The position numbers and the translations under genes are program-made. Below, piece by piece: positions 21,122 through 36,232 of a stretch of 64,000 bases of DNA. The notes under the pieces are model-generated. The model did no database searches. It worked only from the letters and a program-made list of their open reading frames with translations, and was not told the DNA's origin. Each line of letters begins with the position of its first letter. Positions within the stretch are counted from its first letter, which is position 1. This DNA comes from Nitrosopumilus sp. (GTDB taxonomy: Archaea; Thermoproteota; Nitrososphaeria; Nitrososphaerales; Nitrosopumilaceae): positions 2,592,001-2,656,000 of the forward strand of contig OZ243974.1 in NCBI GenBank assembly GCA_965214775.1, written 5' to 3'.

Positions 21122-21409
21122 CTAGCGTAACTTTCCACGTTTTCTTCTGTTGTCTGCAGATCTGATTTTTAGAATCTTAAAGTGAATTGCACATGAAATG
21201 CAGTACCACTTTAGAACTGTGGGTGATGCAATGTACGCTCCCTGTGCACGCAGTTCTTTTGCCAGTGTGTGTTCCACAAGATTCAGTCGTGATGTGACTT
21301 TCTTTGCCTTGTCTTTGGGAACTGTCTGGCCACAGTTCGTACACTGTACAACACCTGATGATCCTTTTCCTCCCTTTGTACGGCCTCTGCTTGCACGCTT
21401 GAGTGGCAT
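21122..21409 (-). CDS. rps26e: 30S ribosomal protein S26e
   Basis: MPLKRASRGR, CTNCGQTVPKDKA, YCISCAIH. Confidence 0.96.
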   Translation of the reverse strand: MPLKRASRGRTKGGKGSSGVVQCTNCGQTVPKDKAKKVTSRLNLVEHTLAKELRAQGAYIASPTVLKWYCISCAIHFKILKIRSADNRRKRGKLR

Positions 21410-21451
21410 GAACATAAACTGATTTGCCTACTTATATTCTTGCGGATAATC

Positions 21452-21515
21452 AGCCAAGTGAAGAGCGCCCAAGATCCGGCGTCATGGAGGAGAGACTTGG
21501 GCTCCCTGAGACAAG
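21452..21515 (+). ncRNA. Candidate C/D-box sRNA
   Basis: GTGAAGA (21458-21464) and CTGA (21506-21509) at typical spacing; TATA-like TTATAT about 25 nt upstream. Confidence 0.35.
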
Positions 21516-21645
21516 CCGTCATATCCTCCTGAGAGTTGATTCAAAGTTAGCAAGTTTTGATCAAATGGGCACATAATAGACTTTATGCGTAATCGACCCA
21601 TCTGATCTAAAAATCCAACACAAAAGATCATAGTTTGCATACCTA

Positions 21646-21724
21646 TAGCAACTGGCAGAAGTCTTTGAGTCAAAGTAGGTCATAACTACACGTAAAAAAC
21701 CTCAATTATTTCTGCTCGTTGCTA
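21646..21724. mobile_element. MITE family C (79 bp, IS630-derived)
   Basis: TA|TAGCAAC...GCTA|TA. Confidence 0.88.
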
Positions 21725-21731
21725 TACAACC

Positions 21732-21861
21732 TGGGTTGTCGCCTAATTCATCAGAATTTCTAAAAACCATACGATGTCATCTGGACTAGGAGTGCAGAAA
21801 TGGAGGAAATTCAGAAAAACGTGCAGGTTGAGTAAAGTAGACGGAATTAGGCGACAACCCC
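21732..21861. mobile_element. MITE family B
   Basis: TIR GGGTTGTCGCCTAATTC; inverted relative to the 7542 copy. Confidence 0.88.
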
Positions 21862-22056
21862 CATCCAAGCATGAAAATCACAACTGCGTGCAAATATGTG
21901 CCTGATTGCTGCCTAGGCATGCTGCCAATTACAGCAACATCATGTAAATAAGAAAGCCAGCAAGCATTACTGGCTGGGAATATTCATCAAAAATTGTCGT
22001 GTATAGCTTTCGCTAAGCGATTCAAAAATGAACCGTCATGCATAGTCTCTATGTAA

Positions 22057-25060
<3,004 letters not shown>

Positions 25061-25201
25061 ATATTACACGACTATGCACGACGATCATCGCAAGCCTCCT
25101 GGCAGAGACCTGCTACATCCTTCATACATCACTCTCGTGATGCATTGCATCGATGGTTTGATGTGAAGACTAGTGCATCCGTACACTTTCCTTTTTTTTC
25201 T

Positions 25202-26674
<1,473 letters not shown>

Positions 26675-26892
26675 CTGAAATTTTGATTTTTGGTTATTAA
26701 AGTACTGTTGTACTTAATATTGGAATTGACGGATGCACATAATCTTCACATCTCAGATATTGATCACTTGATCAAATCCTCATTTTTGTATGCGTAACTG
26801 GAGGCCCGTGAATCACAAAATGGCATATTGCCACGCTTCATCACAAGCGCCGCCTATTGCGTTACGTATGCAGAAGCCAAAGATTGTAGAAT

Positions 26893-26910
26893 CCATATAA
26901 ACCATACGTA
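26893..26910 (-). promoter_or_regulatory. Probable rRNA operon TATA box
   Basis: TTTATA on - strand at 26896-26901, upstream of the 16S leader. Confidence 0.5.
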
Positions 26911-26977
26911 AAATCACGCCTGATCGACAGAAAACTTGCAATTCTTACAAGTTTTTCAAACCGGTCTGTACAGATGC

Positions 26978-27036
26978 AATAGCAGATCGGGGCAATAGCA
27001 GCAATAGTAATAGCAGCAATAGTAATAGCAGTAATA
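26978..27036. repeat. Low-complexity (AATAGC/AATAGT/AGC) microsatellite
   Basis: Seen directly. Confidence 0.7.
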
Positions 27037-27126
27037 TAGTGCTGCAGGCGGCGGCAACGCGCGGATCTGTGGCAGGCTACCTGATTTGAATCTCCTGGAA
27101 TTTGAAGCAGTTTTGTGCTGCAGTTA

Positions 27127-27205
27127 TGGCAACACGCAGAAGTCTTTGAGTCAAAACACGGTCAGGTTACCCGTGAAAGACCTCAATTACTTGTGACCGT
27201 TGCCA
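27127..27205. mobile_element. MITE family C, divergent copy
   Basis: CAGAAGTCTTTGAGTCAAA and CTCAATTACTTGTGACCGTTGC; right half matches the IS630 end at 8020-8043. Confidence 0.82.
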
Positions 27206-27312
27206 TATGGCAATGCCGAACCGGAGAAATTCGAGGCAAGATCGACCGAATCCCTCGATTTTCCGAGTATTCTGAAGGGTTAAAATTGCAGAATTTGTTT
27301 GAAAAGTTGCTT

Positions 27313-28605
27313 TTGGACAAATTCATTTCGGAATACAAAAAAAAGACAGGGGCTTCTGCAAGAATTTTTGCAAAGTCGGCCAGGCTTCACGTAAATGGCG
27401 TAAGTCACAACATAAGATTTTACAAGCCGTATCCGTTTGTCGTGAAATCATCGCTTGGAAAAAACCTGGTAGACGTGGATGACAACAGGTATACGGACTA
27501 CTGGATGGGTCACTGGAGTCTGATTTTGGGACATGCTCCAAAATCTGTAAAAGACCCACTTAGAAAGCAGATCGAGAAAAACTGGATGTATGGAACAGTA
27601 AATGAGCAGACCGTAAAGCTCTCCGAGGCGATTTCCAGAGCAGTGCCAGTTGCCGAGAAGATCCGTTATGTCACATCCGGGACAGAGGCCACGATGTATG
27701 CAGTCAGGCTTGCTCGTTCTGTTACGGGGAAAAAAATCATTGCCAAGATTGACGGGGGGTGGCACGGATATACATCCGATCTTCTAAAGAGCGTCAATTG
27801 GCCGTTCTCAGAGCCAGAAAGCAGTGGGGTCGTAAACGAGGAGAAGATCATCTCGGTTCCCTACAACGACCTAGAGGGCACTTTGGGAATCCTGAAGAAG
27901 CATGCAAGGAATTTGGCAGGGGTAATCATCGAGCCGGTACTGGGTGGCGGCGGATGCATTCCTGCAAAACCAGGGTATCTCAGGGGGGTTCAAGAGTTCG
28001 TTCACGAAAATAACTCGTTGTTCATACTTGATGAAATTGTGACAGGGTTTAGATTCAGATACGGATGCCTGTACCCCACAATGAAGCTGGATCCGGATAT
28101 CGTAACTCTTGGAAAGATTGTCGGGGGAGGAATGGCAATCGGGGTGATGTGCGGCAAAAAGGAGATCATGGAACTTGCAGATACGACGGGAAGGAAAAAA
28201 TCCGAGAGGTCGTATGTCGGAGGCGGGACGTTCTCTGCAAATCCGGCCTCGATGGTTGCAGGATACGCCACTTTGAACAGCCTAAAGTCAAAAAAATCAA
28301 TCTATTCAAAGATCAACTCCCTGGGGGAGTTTGCCAGAAAAGAGATCGCAGGGGCGTTTGATGGCAGGGTGGCAGTGACTGGAAAGGGTTCGCTTTTCAT
28401 GACGCACTTTCTTCAAGACGGGATTTCAGAGATCACAGATTCTGCCCAGGCCTCGAAATGCGACACCCGGAGGCTGCAAGAATATCACTTTAAGATGATC
28501 GCCCATGACGGAATCTTCTTTCTGCCAGGAAAGCTGGGGGCCATATCCGGCGCCCATTCCAAGGAGGATATAAAAAGGATCATCAAGGCATCCGAAGAAT
28601 TCTAG
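27313..28605 (+). CDS. hemL: Class-III aminotransferase, glutamate-1-semialdehyde 2,1-aminomutase-like
   Basis: [48 protein letters not shown]; start approximate because the ORF-track extension runs through a MITE. Confidence 0.8.
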   Translation: MDKFISEYKKKTGASARIFAKSARLHVNGVSHNIRFYKPYPFVVKSSLGKNLVDVDDNRYTDYWMGHWSLILGHAPKSVKDPLRKQIEKNWMYGTVNEQTVKLSEAISRAVPVAEKIRYVTSGTEATMYAVRLARSVTGKKIIAKIDGGWHGYTSDLLKSVNWPFSEPESSGVVNEEKIISVPYNDLEGTLGILKKHARNLAGVIIEPVLGGGGCIPAKPGYLRGVQEFVHENNSLFILDEIVTGFRFRYGCLYPTMKLDPDIVTLGKIVGGGMAIGVMCGKKEIMELADTTGRKKSERSYVGGGTFSANPASMVAGYATLNSLKSKKSIYSKINSLGEFARKEIAGAFDGRVAVTGKGSLFMTHFLQDGISEITDSAQASKCDTRRLQEYHFKMIAHDGIFFLPGKLGAISGAHSKEDIKRIIKASEEF

Positions 28606-29006
28606 GTGACAGGGTTTTCCTGGTCTTTCCAAGACATCAGTTTGTTAAAGACCTCCAAAAAGTCGTCAGATTTCGTGATGATGTGGACATGCGCGTACAG
28701 TCCGTCAAACTGAGACTCGAAGATCATCCTGCAGTCATTTTTGAAGAACGGGACAGATATTCCCAGTTTCTTTAGTGAGTGAAATTCGAAATCTTCGACT
28801 TTGACTGACTTGCCACTTACAGTAATCCTCTTTTTTTCAGGATTCTTGTTTACGGTTTCGTCCAATTGCCGTTTGACAGACTCGCTCCAGAGCGGAGTGT
28901 CATGAGGCCATCTATGCACAAACACCTTGTCTGCATAATAGTCAAAGCCGGAGGACAACAGCCAGACTCGATTCCAATCCAAATTAAGCGTATCCTTGAA
29001 TCCCAA
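28602..29006 (-). CDS. Hypothetical protein
   Basis: 134-aa ORF convergent with the aminotransferase. Confidence 0.7.
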   Translation of the reverse strand: MGFKDTLNLDWNRVWLLSSGFDYYADKVFVHRWPHDTPLWSESVKRQLDETVNKNPEKKRITVSGKSVKVEDFEFHSLKKLGISVPFFKNDCRMIFESQFDGLYAHVHIITKSDDFLEVFNKLMSWKDQENPVT

Positions 29007-29217
29007 GACGCAGGTCAGGCGATTGGCCCGGCTTCATCATGGTCTTCAGGGAATCCCTCCTACATGTAATGTCGAATGCAAACCGTCCGTTTTGAATGTT
29101 CGGCTCCGAGTCCCTGCAGGTTTATACAGTTTCATGCTTTTGCTTTTGCCCGACGTCACCACGCCACACAACGACGGCAACACATTTGATTCTAGCAGCA
29201 CCAGTGGATTTGGCGTA

Positions 29218-29296
29218 TAGCAACGAGCAGAAATAATTGAGGTTTTTTACGTGTAGTTATGACCTGCCTTGACTCAAAGGCTTCTGCCCGTTGCTA
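29218..29296. mobile_element. MITE family C
   Basis: 79 bp, TA flanks. Confidence 0.9.
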
Positions 29297-29383
29297 TACA
29301 AGTCACAGAAAAAAACCACAGACAGGAAATCACCATATTTGAAAAAACTAGGTTTTTATAAAATCAGATCCTCTCATGTAATC

Positions 29384-29500
29384 ATGAAGGAGAAGAAGGA
29401 GGAAAAGGAGGCCTATGCCACAGTGGATCCCACAGACACGTCTGCAAAGGAGCAGGAGGACTTGGCAAGAGAGGCAGTCAAGAAATTCAAGTCCTTGTAA
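29384..29500 (+). CDS. Small hypothetical protein (38 aa)
   Basis: MKEKKEEKEAYATVDPTDTSAKEQEDLAREAVKKFKSL; TTTATAAA box about 25 nt upstream. Confidence 0.55.
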   Translation: MKEKKEEKEAYATVDPTDTSAKEQEDLAREAVKKFKSL

Positions 29501-29542
29501 AAACCTAAACTTTCATTAGATGTGCAATCCTAGTGGGAAGAT

Positions 29543-30364
29543 ATGGGACTGTTTGGCTCTAAAGAAAAACCCGGGGATTTGATGGGTCGCGCAATGGAAA
29601 AGATGCAGAAAAAGCAGCCAAGAGCTGCAATCTCGTTATTTAACAAGGTGCTCAAGCAGGAACCACACAACACAAAGGCATTGTTCAAAAAAGGGCAGGC
29701 CCAAAACCAGGCTAAAAGATACAGCGATGCGGTGACCACTTTTGACAGACTGCTGGAAATCAACCCAAAGGATGCGGATGCACTTGGCAACAAAGGAGTC
29801 GCCTTGGCAGAGATGGGAAACATCCAAGATGCAAACGAGTGCTATGACAAGGCAATAGAGTCAGACCCAAGACATGCCGCATCCTATTGTAACAAGGGAA
29901 TCCTGCTGGCCAAACTACATGACAGGGAAGAGGCAATAGTGCTATTAGACAAGGCAATCTCAATGGACTCTAAAAGATCTAACGCGCTGTTTTGCAAGGG
30001 AGTCGTGTTAGGGGAGATGAAAAAGCATGAAAAGGCATTAAATTGTTTTGAAAAGGTATGCAAAAAAGAGCCAGGCAACATGGATGCCTTGTTTCACAAG
30101 GGTATGGAATTGGCAGGACTTGAAAAGCATGAAAAGGCAATCGAGGCATTTGACAAGATTCTTGAAAGGCACAGGGATGCTGCAAACATCATTTATGCCA
30201 AATCAAGAAGCAGGGCCGCACTAGGGCAGTACCCCCAAGCATTGGAACTTTTAAAACGAGCAGCGTCAAAAAACGGCAAAGACGTTAGGGTGTGGGCAAA
30301 AGAAGAGCCGATCTTTGTCAAGCTGCATACAAATGACGAGTTTAGAAAAATAGTCCGGTTATGA
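29543..30364 (+). CDS. Tetratricopeptide-repeat protein
   Basis: Repeated 34-aa units ALxxKGxxLxxLxxxxxAxxxFDxxxxxxP. Confidence 0.93.
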   Translation: MGLFGSKEKPGDLMGRAMEKMQKKQPRAAISLFNKVLKQEPHNTKALFKKGQAQNQAKRYSDAVTTFDRLLEINPKDADALGNKGVALAEMGNIQDANECYDKAIESDPRHAASYCNKGILLAKLHDREEAIVLLDKAISMDSKRSNALFCKGVVLGEMKKHEKALNCFEKVCKKEPGNMDALFHKGMELAGLEKHEKAIEAFDKILERHRDAANIIYAKSRSRAALGQYPQALELLKRAASKNGKDVRVWAKEEPIFVKLHTNDEFRKIVRL

Positions 30365-30372
30365 TTTTAAAA

Positions 30373-31083
30373 TCAGAGGATCTTTTTTCTGACAGAGTCT
30401 ATCCTCATAATGCGGACTTTCTTCTTTGGGCCAATCAATCTGGCTTCAAAGACGGGCACGTAAATTTCTGAGATCTCACGCAGGACAAACTCGTCAGACA
30501 AATCGCGCACGTCAGTCTCCAGCGGTTTTTTTAACAGGGATTGAAGCTTCCCCAATGCGGCGTCAACTGTAATTTCAGGCTTCCTGACGTTTTGGCCGTT
30601 TTTTTCCAGAATTTTTTTAGGATAGTTCTCTATGGTCTTGGAATTAATTTTGAACGGGAATTTTATCTCTCTTCCGTGATGATCAAAAAAGATTCTGTCC
30701 TCTTCCTTGACAAAGACATGCTCTTCTAACTTTATGTCAATCTTGTTTTTTCGGCGTTTTCCCGCAAGAGATTTTGCAAATCCCGACTTTGATCGCACGG
30801 GAAAAACCCCTCCTCCCAAAACAACTTCTTTGACATCGTATCCTACAGAAATTGCATGTGTTGCTTTTCTATAATAGTCGACCGTATACTTTCCAGAAAC
30901 TGCCAAAACGCATTCATAGTATAGTTTCAGGGAATGAACGTGAACCTGCTCCCTTTTTGGTCGCGAAAGAAGAGACTTGAAGGGGGATGTTTTCTTTTGC
31001 TCAATAATATCCATGGCCTCGTCCTCGTCAATGTTGTTCCTGAGGACGGTTGTTTTGACATCAAGTTTTGATTCTTTCAAGAC
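30373..31083 (-). CDS. Hypothetical protein
   Basis: Long ORF; start uncertain because the upstream extension enters ISH3. Confidence 0.7.
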   Translation of the reverse strand, partial: VLKESKLDVKTTVLRNNIDEDEAMDIIEQKKTSPFKSLLSRPKREQVHVHSLKLYYECVLAVSGKYTVDYYRKATHAISVGYDVKEVVLGGGVFPVRSKSGFAKSLAGKRRKNKIDIKLEEHVFVKEEDRIFFDHHGREIKFPFKINSKTIENYPKKILEKNGQNVRKPEITVDAALGKLQSLLKKPLETDVRDLSDEFVLREISEIYVPVFEARLIGPKKKVRIMRIDSVRKKIL

Positions 31084-31127
31084 CAAACAAAATACACATT
31101 TCCTGCTATTAAACCAATTCAGAAGAG

Positions 31128-32509
31128 CAGTCTTCCCAGAAGTAACCCAAAATGGCACATTTTGACCGAAACAGATCAATTAGGGCAGTCCCAGAAGGTA
31201 CTCATGCATCACCAAAAGAACCAACTGAGACGTGATGCTCTCAACAACCCGCGCATATATCAAGCTATACTGGAGACAGTCGGCAAAGGTATGGCCCCGT
31301 GCGTCAGGGTATCAGACAGGCACAATGCCATCCATGCTGCAGACGACTTTATCAGGTGCCTGACGCGCGCGGCCGTATCCAACGGGCAGGTGGCAGGCTG
31401 CACGATGTCCGCACTCGAGGTGCCGACGACCCCGGGAATATCCCGCAGTCCCACCGACGGGTGGATCCGCAGCGTCGCCATAAAATCCGAGCCCGGCCGG
31501 ATCCTGGACTGCCTTGCAGAAACCGTGGGCCGGCAGCTGGATCAGCTGAGGGAAACTGGGATGATCACAAGGGGTCAGAAGCTGGAGGCGGCAATAGACA
31601 TGCACCCGATGCCGCGCTACGACAAAAAGCACGGCGCGGGCTTGTGCACTCCAGGAAGAAGGGCAGAACGCATGTCTTTGAGCGCTACATCACCATACAG
31701 TGTATTGTAGAGTACTGCCGCCTCGTGCCGGGCGTACTGCAGATGCCTGCCCTTGAGGATACGGCCGGTTTCGTGCGCAAGATCATCGATTCTGCACGCC
31801 GCACAGGCGCCGATCTCGGAGTCGTTATGCCGGGCCGCGAGTTCTTCTCGGCAGCAGTCATCCCCGGGCTGGATGCGGCAGGAGTGAAATACGTCATACC
31901 ATGCAAGAACACGGACACCGTCGTTGCCACCATCAACTGGCACGATGACGGAAAGGGAAAAAGAAGGGAGGTCGAGTCGGTCATATCCAGAGATGCCCTG
32001 TCCGCACGATACGCGACGGTCATCACAAAGAGAAGGAAGAAGAGGTCAGGCAGGACCGGGGCAGAGAAGCTGCCGGCGCACGAGCGGCTCATCGGATTTG
32101 CAACCAACGTGCCCGGAATAGATCCTGACGAGTACGGCCGCAGGCGGCGAGGTAGAGACAGGATACCGGATGATAAAGAACGCAAGGGTCAGGACACACA
32201 GCAAGGGCCCGGCCGCAAGGATGCCGTGCTTTGTGTACTCGGCCGCGGTCTTCAACGCGTGGGTCATGGCAAACGCGATGATGAGGGACATGACGGGGAT
32301 TATAGCAACGGGTAGAAGTCTTTGAGTCAAAGCAGGTAATAACTACACGTAAAAAACCTCAATTATTTCTGCTCGTTGCTATAGTATCGAGGATCCCCTG
32401 ATCACCCAACAGTGCCTCAAGGACGTGATCATGCTCAACATAACAGACTGTAGGATGCTGCCCCAGCCCCCACCGCCGGTGCCTCCCTGAGTTACTTCTG
32501 GGAAGACTG
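31128..32509 (+). mobile_element. ISH3-family element with frameshifted transposase pseudogene
   Basis: 19-bp perfect TIR CAGTCTTCCCAGAAGTAAC; AAIDMHPMPRYDKK, GREFFS, FATN in different frames; no TSD. Confidence 0.85.
32303..32381. mobile_element. MITE family C nested in ISH3
   Basis: 79 bp, TA flanks. Confidence 0.9.
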
Positions 32510-32550
32510 GCTTTCCAGGTAGAATTATCTACCGATAACTTACCAGTTCC
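32510..32550 (+). repeat. IS6-like element end, direct repeat of 35783-35823
   Basis: 41 bp, one mismatch; ends AACTTACCAGTTCC. Confidence 0.8.
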
Positions 32551-32595
32551 ATTTGATCGCTATTTTTTTATTTATCTGCGAACATACAAAAAACA

Positions 32596-35031
32596 TTGAC
32601 TCCTGACAAAGGTTCTATATTCATCGTTCTTGCACTGATGTCTGCTATGCTACCACTGGCAGCGGCCTCTGAACAGACTGTAGATGAAGACTCCCCGGAT
32701 CCTGATGTTCTAGGAGACATAATTCCGGTGCTGCCTCCCGGGCACGTGGGAATGGTGGACGAACTGCGCAAGGCGCACAGCCTCGTAACTGACATCATGG
32801 TACACACGCAACAGGCAATTGTCGATGAGGGGTATGCAGACGAGGAGATTTATTTTGAGGCAGTCTGGGTTGACGAACAAACCGAGGAACTGGCGGTTAT
32901 CTTGGATCCGGCTCAAACCTTTTTTGATCTCATGGATGCCCAAGACATGCAAGAGGAGCTTGGTACCACCGTTCCAATCCGCATCGAGTATGGCGTGTTT
33001 GTTCCAGATGCTCCGTTGTCAGAGGCAACACCATGTCCTGCCGATGCAGGTTCGTCTATCTGCTATTACTGGGAACGCTACATTACAAGGTGCCTGCCAG
33101 AAACGACCACAAGCAGGTGCAATACATATGCTGCAATAATCGCTACTGCGGGCTATCCGTTGCCAACCCTGCTAGATGACAACAACGCTCCGACTGATGC
33201 AGACGGCGATGGCATAAACGATGACACTGATCAATGTGATGACCAGCCTGAGACGGTAAACGGATATCAAGATGAGGACGGCTGTCCTGACACTCTGCCG
33301 ACTACAAACTCGACTACGATATTTTCAGATGACTTTGAGAGCGGATTCTCAAAGTGGACACAGACCGGACAAGAGGAATGGCAGATAGGCCTATTGGACG
33401 AAAGCGTCTACATTGATGGTGATGCTACAAACAAGGTGGCAGAAGCTGATGACTGTGATGATGAGGCCTGTATCATAACCTCGCAACCCTTTACTCTGAC
33501 TGGCTATACCGATGCAACGTTGAAGTTTTATCGATTCGTGGATAACTCCCTTGACTCAGGCGAATATCTTGAAGTTCAAGTCGGAGACAACGGCACTTAT
33601 ACACAGATATTCTACTGGACAGACGGCGACGGCGATGATGATCAGTGGCACCATGAGACGTATGATCTTGGCAATTTCTTGAGCTCAAGCAGTGTCACCA
33701 TACGGTTCCTGACCGAAGAGTCCTCTTCTGGCGAAGACGTTGGCATTGATAACGTTACAGTTACTGGCACTGTGGATGACACCGTATGCGCGCTTGATGT
33801 CACAGCTGCGCTGCAAGACAATGGGGACATCCATATATCCTGGAATGACTGCGGCAGCGACGTCAGGCGCTACAAGGTGTATTATGCAGAAGATGAGGGC
33901 GTAAGGCGTTTTATTGATAGTGAGTATAACAATACCAGTCATACTTGGTCTGGGGCAAATGATGGTACCACATACACATTTTCAGTAAAAGCACAGTACA
34001 ACGATTACACATACACGGATTACTTTGCAAGCAACCAGATAGACGTGCCGGCATCTGATACGGTGCCTCCCCAGATTACCATGCCCGCGTCGCTCGAACT
34101 TGCGGCTCAATCGGCTAATGGAACTGTAGTTACATTTGTAGCGACAGGCTATGATCTGGTAGACGGCACAGTGCAAGTCACATGCGTGCCTCCCTCTGGC
34201 AGCCTGTTTGCGGCAAGCACCAACACGACTGTTAGCTGTAGCGCAACCGACAGTTCTGACAACAGCGTATCGGGCAGTTTTTGGGTGTGGGTCGGAGAAT
34301 GGAATCCACAAACAATCCCAGCTGGCGATGTTACAATTTCTGGCGGAACTCCCTATGTTTATCGATTTGATCGTCCTGATGGAAGCTACACTACTAGTGG
34401 AGGAACAATAGCAATGGGTGCCACGCAAAATAACGCATCGGGCTTTGTGACTACGATGCATTCTTTCATTACAGAATATACTCCAACCAGCACTCAGCAG
34501 ATCGAGGTGAACCTCAACGGAGTGGATCATAGCATAGCCAGTTTCACTCATGTCTATTCACGTGAGCAGCATCACGAACAGATTGCCGATGCGGCATTTG
34601 TTCCACTAAATAATGCATATGAAATCCCTGCCGATTATCTGATTGACAGCCAAGACAACATCATCAATATCACTGGCACGGGCGGTCTGCACAGGAGTTT
34701 CGGAACACAGATTTCCATGCTAAACCAAACGCACACCATGAATGGTACGTTGACAATCTTCAATGTCACGATGCGGGATGATCGCCACATCACAAATCAC
34801 AATCAAATTCTAGGATACTGGAACAGCTCCGGTGGCAATAGCGGTGCTCCGATAATCACACGGGCGTCCAACAATAACGCAGAACTAGTCGGAATGCACA
34901 TTGGGCGCATATGCCAATACTTGGTAGAAACAGATATGCTCTCTGCATGGTATCCTACCAGTGGTTGCCAGACTGGCATTTCAGTATTGGCACCATGGGA
35001 AAACATCGTTGAATTCCTGTCGTTGAATTGA
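32596..35031 (+). CDS. Secreted multidomain protein with C-terminal trypsin-like (S1) protease domain
   Basis: Signal peptide; TSP3-like DADGDGINDDTDQC...DEDGCPD; FSDDFESG beta-sandwich; FN3-like; HYR-like DTVPPQI; candidate triad TTMHS / ADAAF / GGNSGAP. Confidence 0.75.
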   Translation: MTPDKGSIFIVLALMSAMLPLAAASEQTVDEDSPDPDVLGDIIPVLPPGHVGMVDELRKAHSLVTDIMVHTQQAIVDEGYADEEIYFEAVWVDEQTEELAVILDPAQTFFDLMDAQDMQEELGTTVPIRIEYGVFVPDAPLSEATPCPADAGSSICYYWERYITRCLPETTTSRCNTYAAIIATAGYPLPTLLDDNNAPTDADGDGINDDTDQCDDQPETVNGYQDEDGCPDTLPTTNSTTIFSDDFESGFSKWTQTGQEEWQIGLLDESVYIDGDATNKVAEADDCDDEACIITSQPFTLTGYTDATLKFYRFVDNSLDSGEYLEVQVGDNGTYTQIFYWTDGDGDDDQWHHETYDLGNFLSSSSVTIRFLTEESSSGEDVGIDNVTVTGTVDDTVCALDVTAALQDNGDIHISWNDCGSDVRRYKVYYAEDEGVRRFIDSEYNNTSHTWSGANDGTTYTFSVKAQYNDYTYTDYFASNQIDVPASDTVPPQITMPASLELAAQSANGTVVTFVATGYDLVDGTVQVTCVPPSGSLFAASTNTTVSCSATDSSDNSVSGSFWVWVGEWNPQTIPAGDVTISGGTPYVYRFDRPDGSYTTSGGTIAMGATQNNASGFVTTMHSFITEYTPTSTQQIEVNLNGVDHSIASFTHVYSREQHHEQIADAAFVPLNNAYEIPADYLIDSQDNIINITGTGGLHRSFGTQISMLNQTHTMNGTLTIFNVTMRDDRHITNHNQILGYWNSSGGNSGAPIITRASNNNAELVGMHIGRICQYLVETDMLSAWYPTSGCQTGISVLAPWENIVEFLSLN

Positions 35032-35402
35032 AAAAATTCATTTTTATTCTCATTTTCTTTTGCTTTTCAATCCCGGCAGCTTTTGCTTACATTGACCTTG
35101 AAATTCAGGATAGTTATTGCCTGCACATAGGTCGGATTTACACTATGGAATTTTGCGGAACGCTGGAATCTGTAAGACAGTATGCCCTCGAGTATACATT
35201 CTGCTATGGGGAATCCAGGTCCACGTGCACCATACTCTATCCCTATGGCAGGTGCGAGCCTACCAACTATGGACGAATTCCGCAGTATCCGTGCATTTCA
35301 GAGTCCTGGCCAATCACGGAAAAGTCACACTTCAACGGATTATGGTGGGATTTTCGTTCATTGGAACATAGCATCTCTCTAGCCAATCCGGCAAATCACT
35401 GA
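35028..35402 (+). CDS. Small secreted Cys-rich protein
   Basis: Signal peptide MKKFIFILIFFCFSIPAAFA; 6 Cys in mature part; 4-bp overlap with protease stop. Confidence 0.65.
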   Translation: MKKFIFILIFFCFSIPAAFAYIDLEIQDSYCLHIGRIYTMEFCGTLESVRQYALEYTFCYGESRSTCTILYPYGRCEPTNYGRIPQYPCISESWPITEKSHFNGLWWDFRSLEHSISLANPANH

Positions 35403-35459
35403 ACAGATTAGCCTTCCCTCAACGCTGGTCTCAGACGGAGCTTCAAACTTTCACCATGC

Positions 35460-35823
35460 CTGGAGAAAGCAGTATAAACCAAGGAACTTTCTGCACAAGG
35501 ATGCCGAACACCGCAGGCACATCCACATGGCAGGCGATACGAACAACAACCAGATGGAGTCATTCAACGGCAACACGCTGAGGGCAAGGGAGAAGGTCAT
35601 TTGTGGCATCAAGAAGAACGACTCTGCCATACTCAAGTGGATGCAGCTTCACCACAACTATATCCGCCCACATCAGGGTCTTGACGGTGACACGCCTGCC
35701 GACAGGGCCGGAATCAGGATTCAGGGGGACAACAAGTGGAAAACCATGATTCAGACGCATCTAAAGATGGTGATCTACCGACGCTTTCCAGGCAGAATTA
35801 TCTACCGATAACTTACCAGTTCC
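35460..35823 (+). mobile_element. IS6-like transposase 3' remnant plus element end
   Basis: NNNQMESFNG, HNYIRPHQGLDGDTPADRAGI; terminal AACTTACCAGTTCC. Confidence 0.7.
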
Positions 35824-35866
35824 TTTGGCAGGAAAGAAATAATAGGTTTGAAAAAAATCACAAGTC

Positions 35867-36232
35867 ATGGCAGTTCCGAAAAAGGGAGGATACATCGGTA
35901 AATTCCTCAAGCGTGCAGACAAGGCATTGCAGGACGGAGTGAAAAAGGCAGATGAAATTTTAGATGACGCCGTTGAATTTGGCGAGATGACTGCAAAGCA
36001 GGCGGCAAAGACCAGCAGGGAACTGCAAAATCAGGCAAAGAAGGAGAGGATTGCACTGCAGAAAAGAGGGGCAAAGAAGATCAACGAAGGCATCACTGCC
36101 GCAAAAAAAATCACGTCAAATACTGACGAAGATTTAGCGACATTGGAGATGCTAGGAAGACTTAGAAAATCAGGAGTGATCACCGAAAGGGAATTTCAAG
36201 CAAAGAAAAAGAAAATCCTGGGAAGAATCTGA
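35867..36232 (+). CDS. SHOCT-domain protein
   Basis: C-terminal LEMLGRLRKSGVITEREFQAKKKKIL. Confidence 0.85.
   Translation: MAVPKKGGYIGKFLKRADKALQDGVKKADEILDDAVEFGEMTAKQAAKTSRELQNQAKKERIALQKRGAKKINEGITAAKKITSNTDEDLATLEMLGRLRKSGVITEREFQAKKKKILGRI

Noticed and set aside
25061-25201. tRNA in the 16S-23S spacer
   Set aside because: No cloverleaf; the spacer only holds processing-stem halves (GTGCATCCGT/ACGGATGCAC, GACTATGCA/TGCATAGTC)
27115-27312. N-terminal extension of the aminotransferase
   Set aside because: Reads through MITE C; artefact of longest-ORF calling
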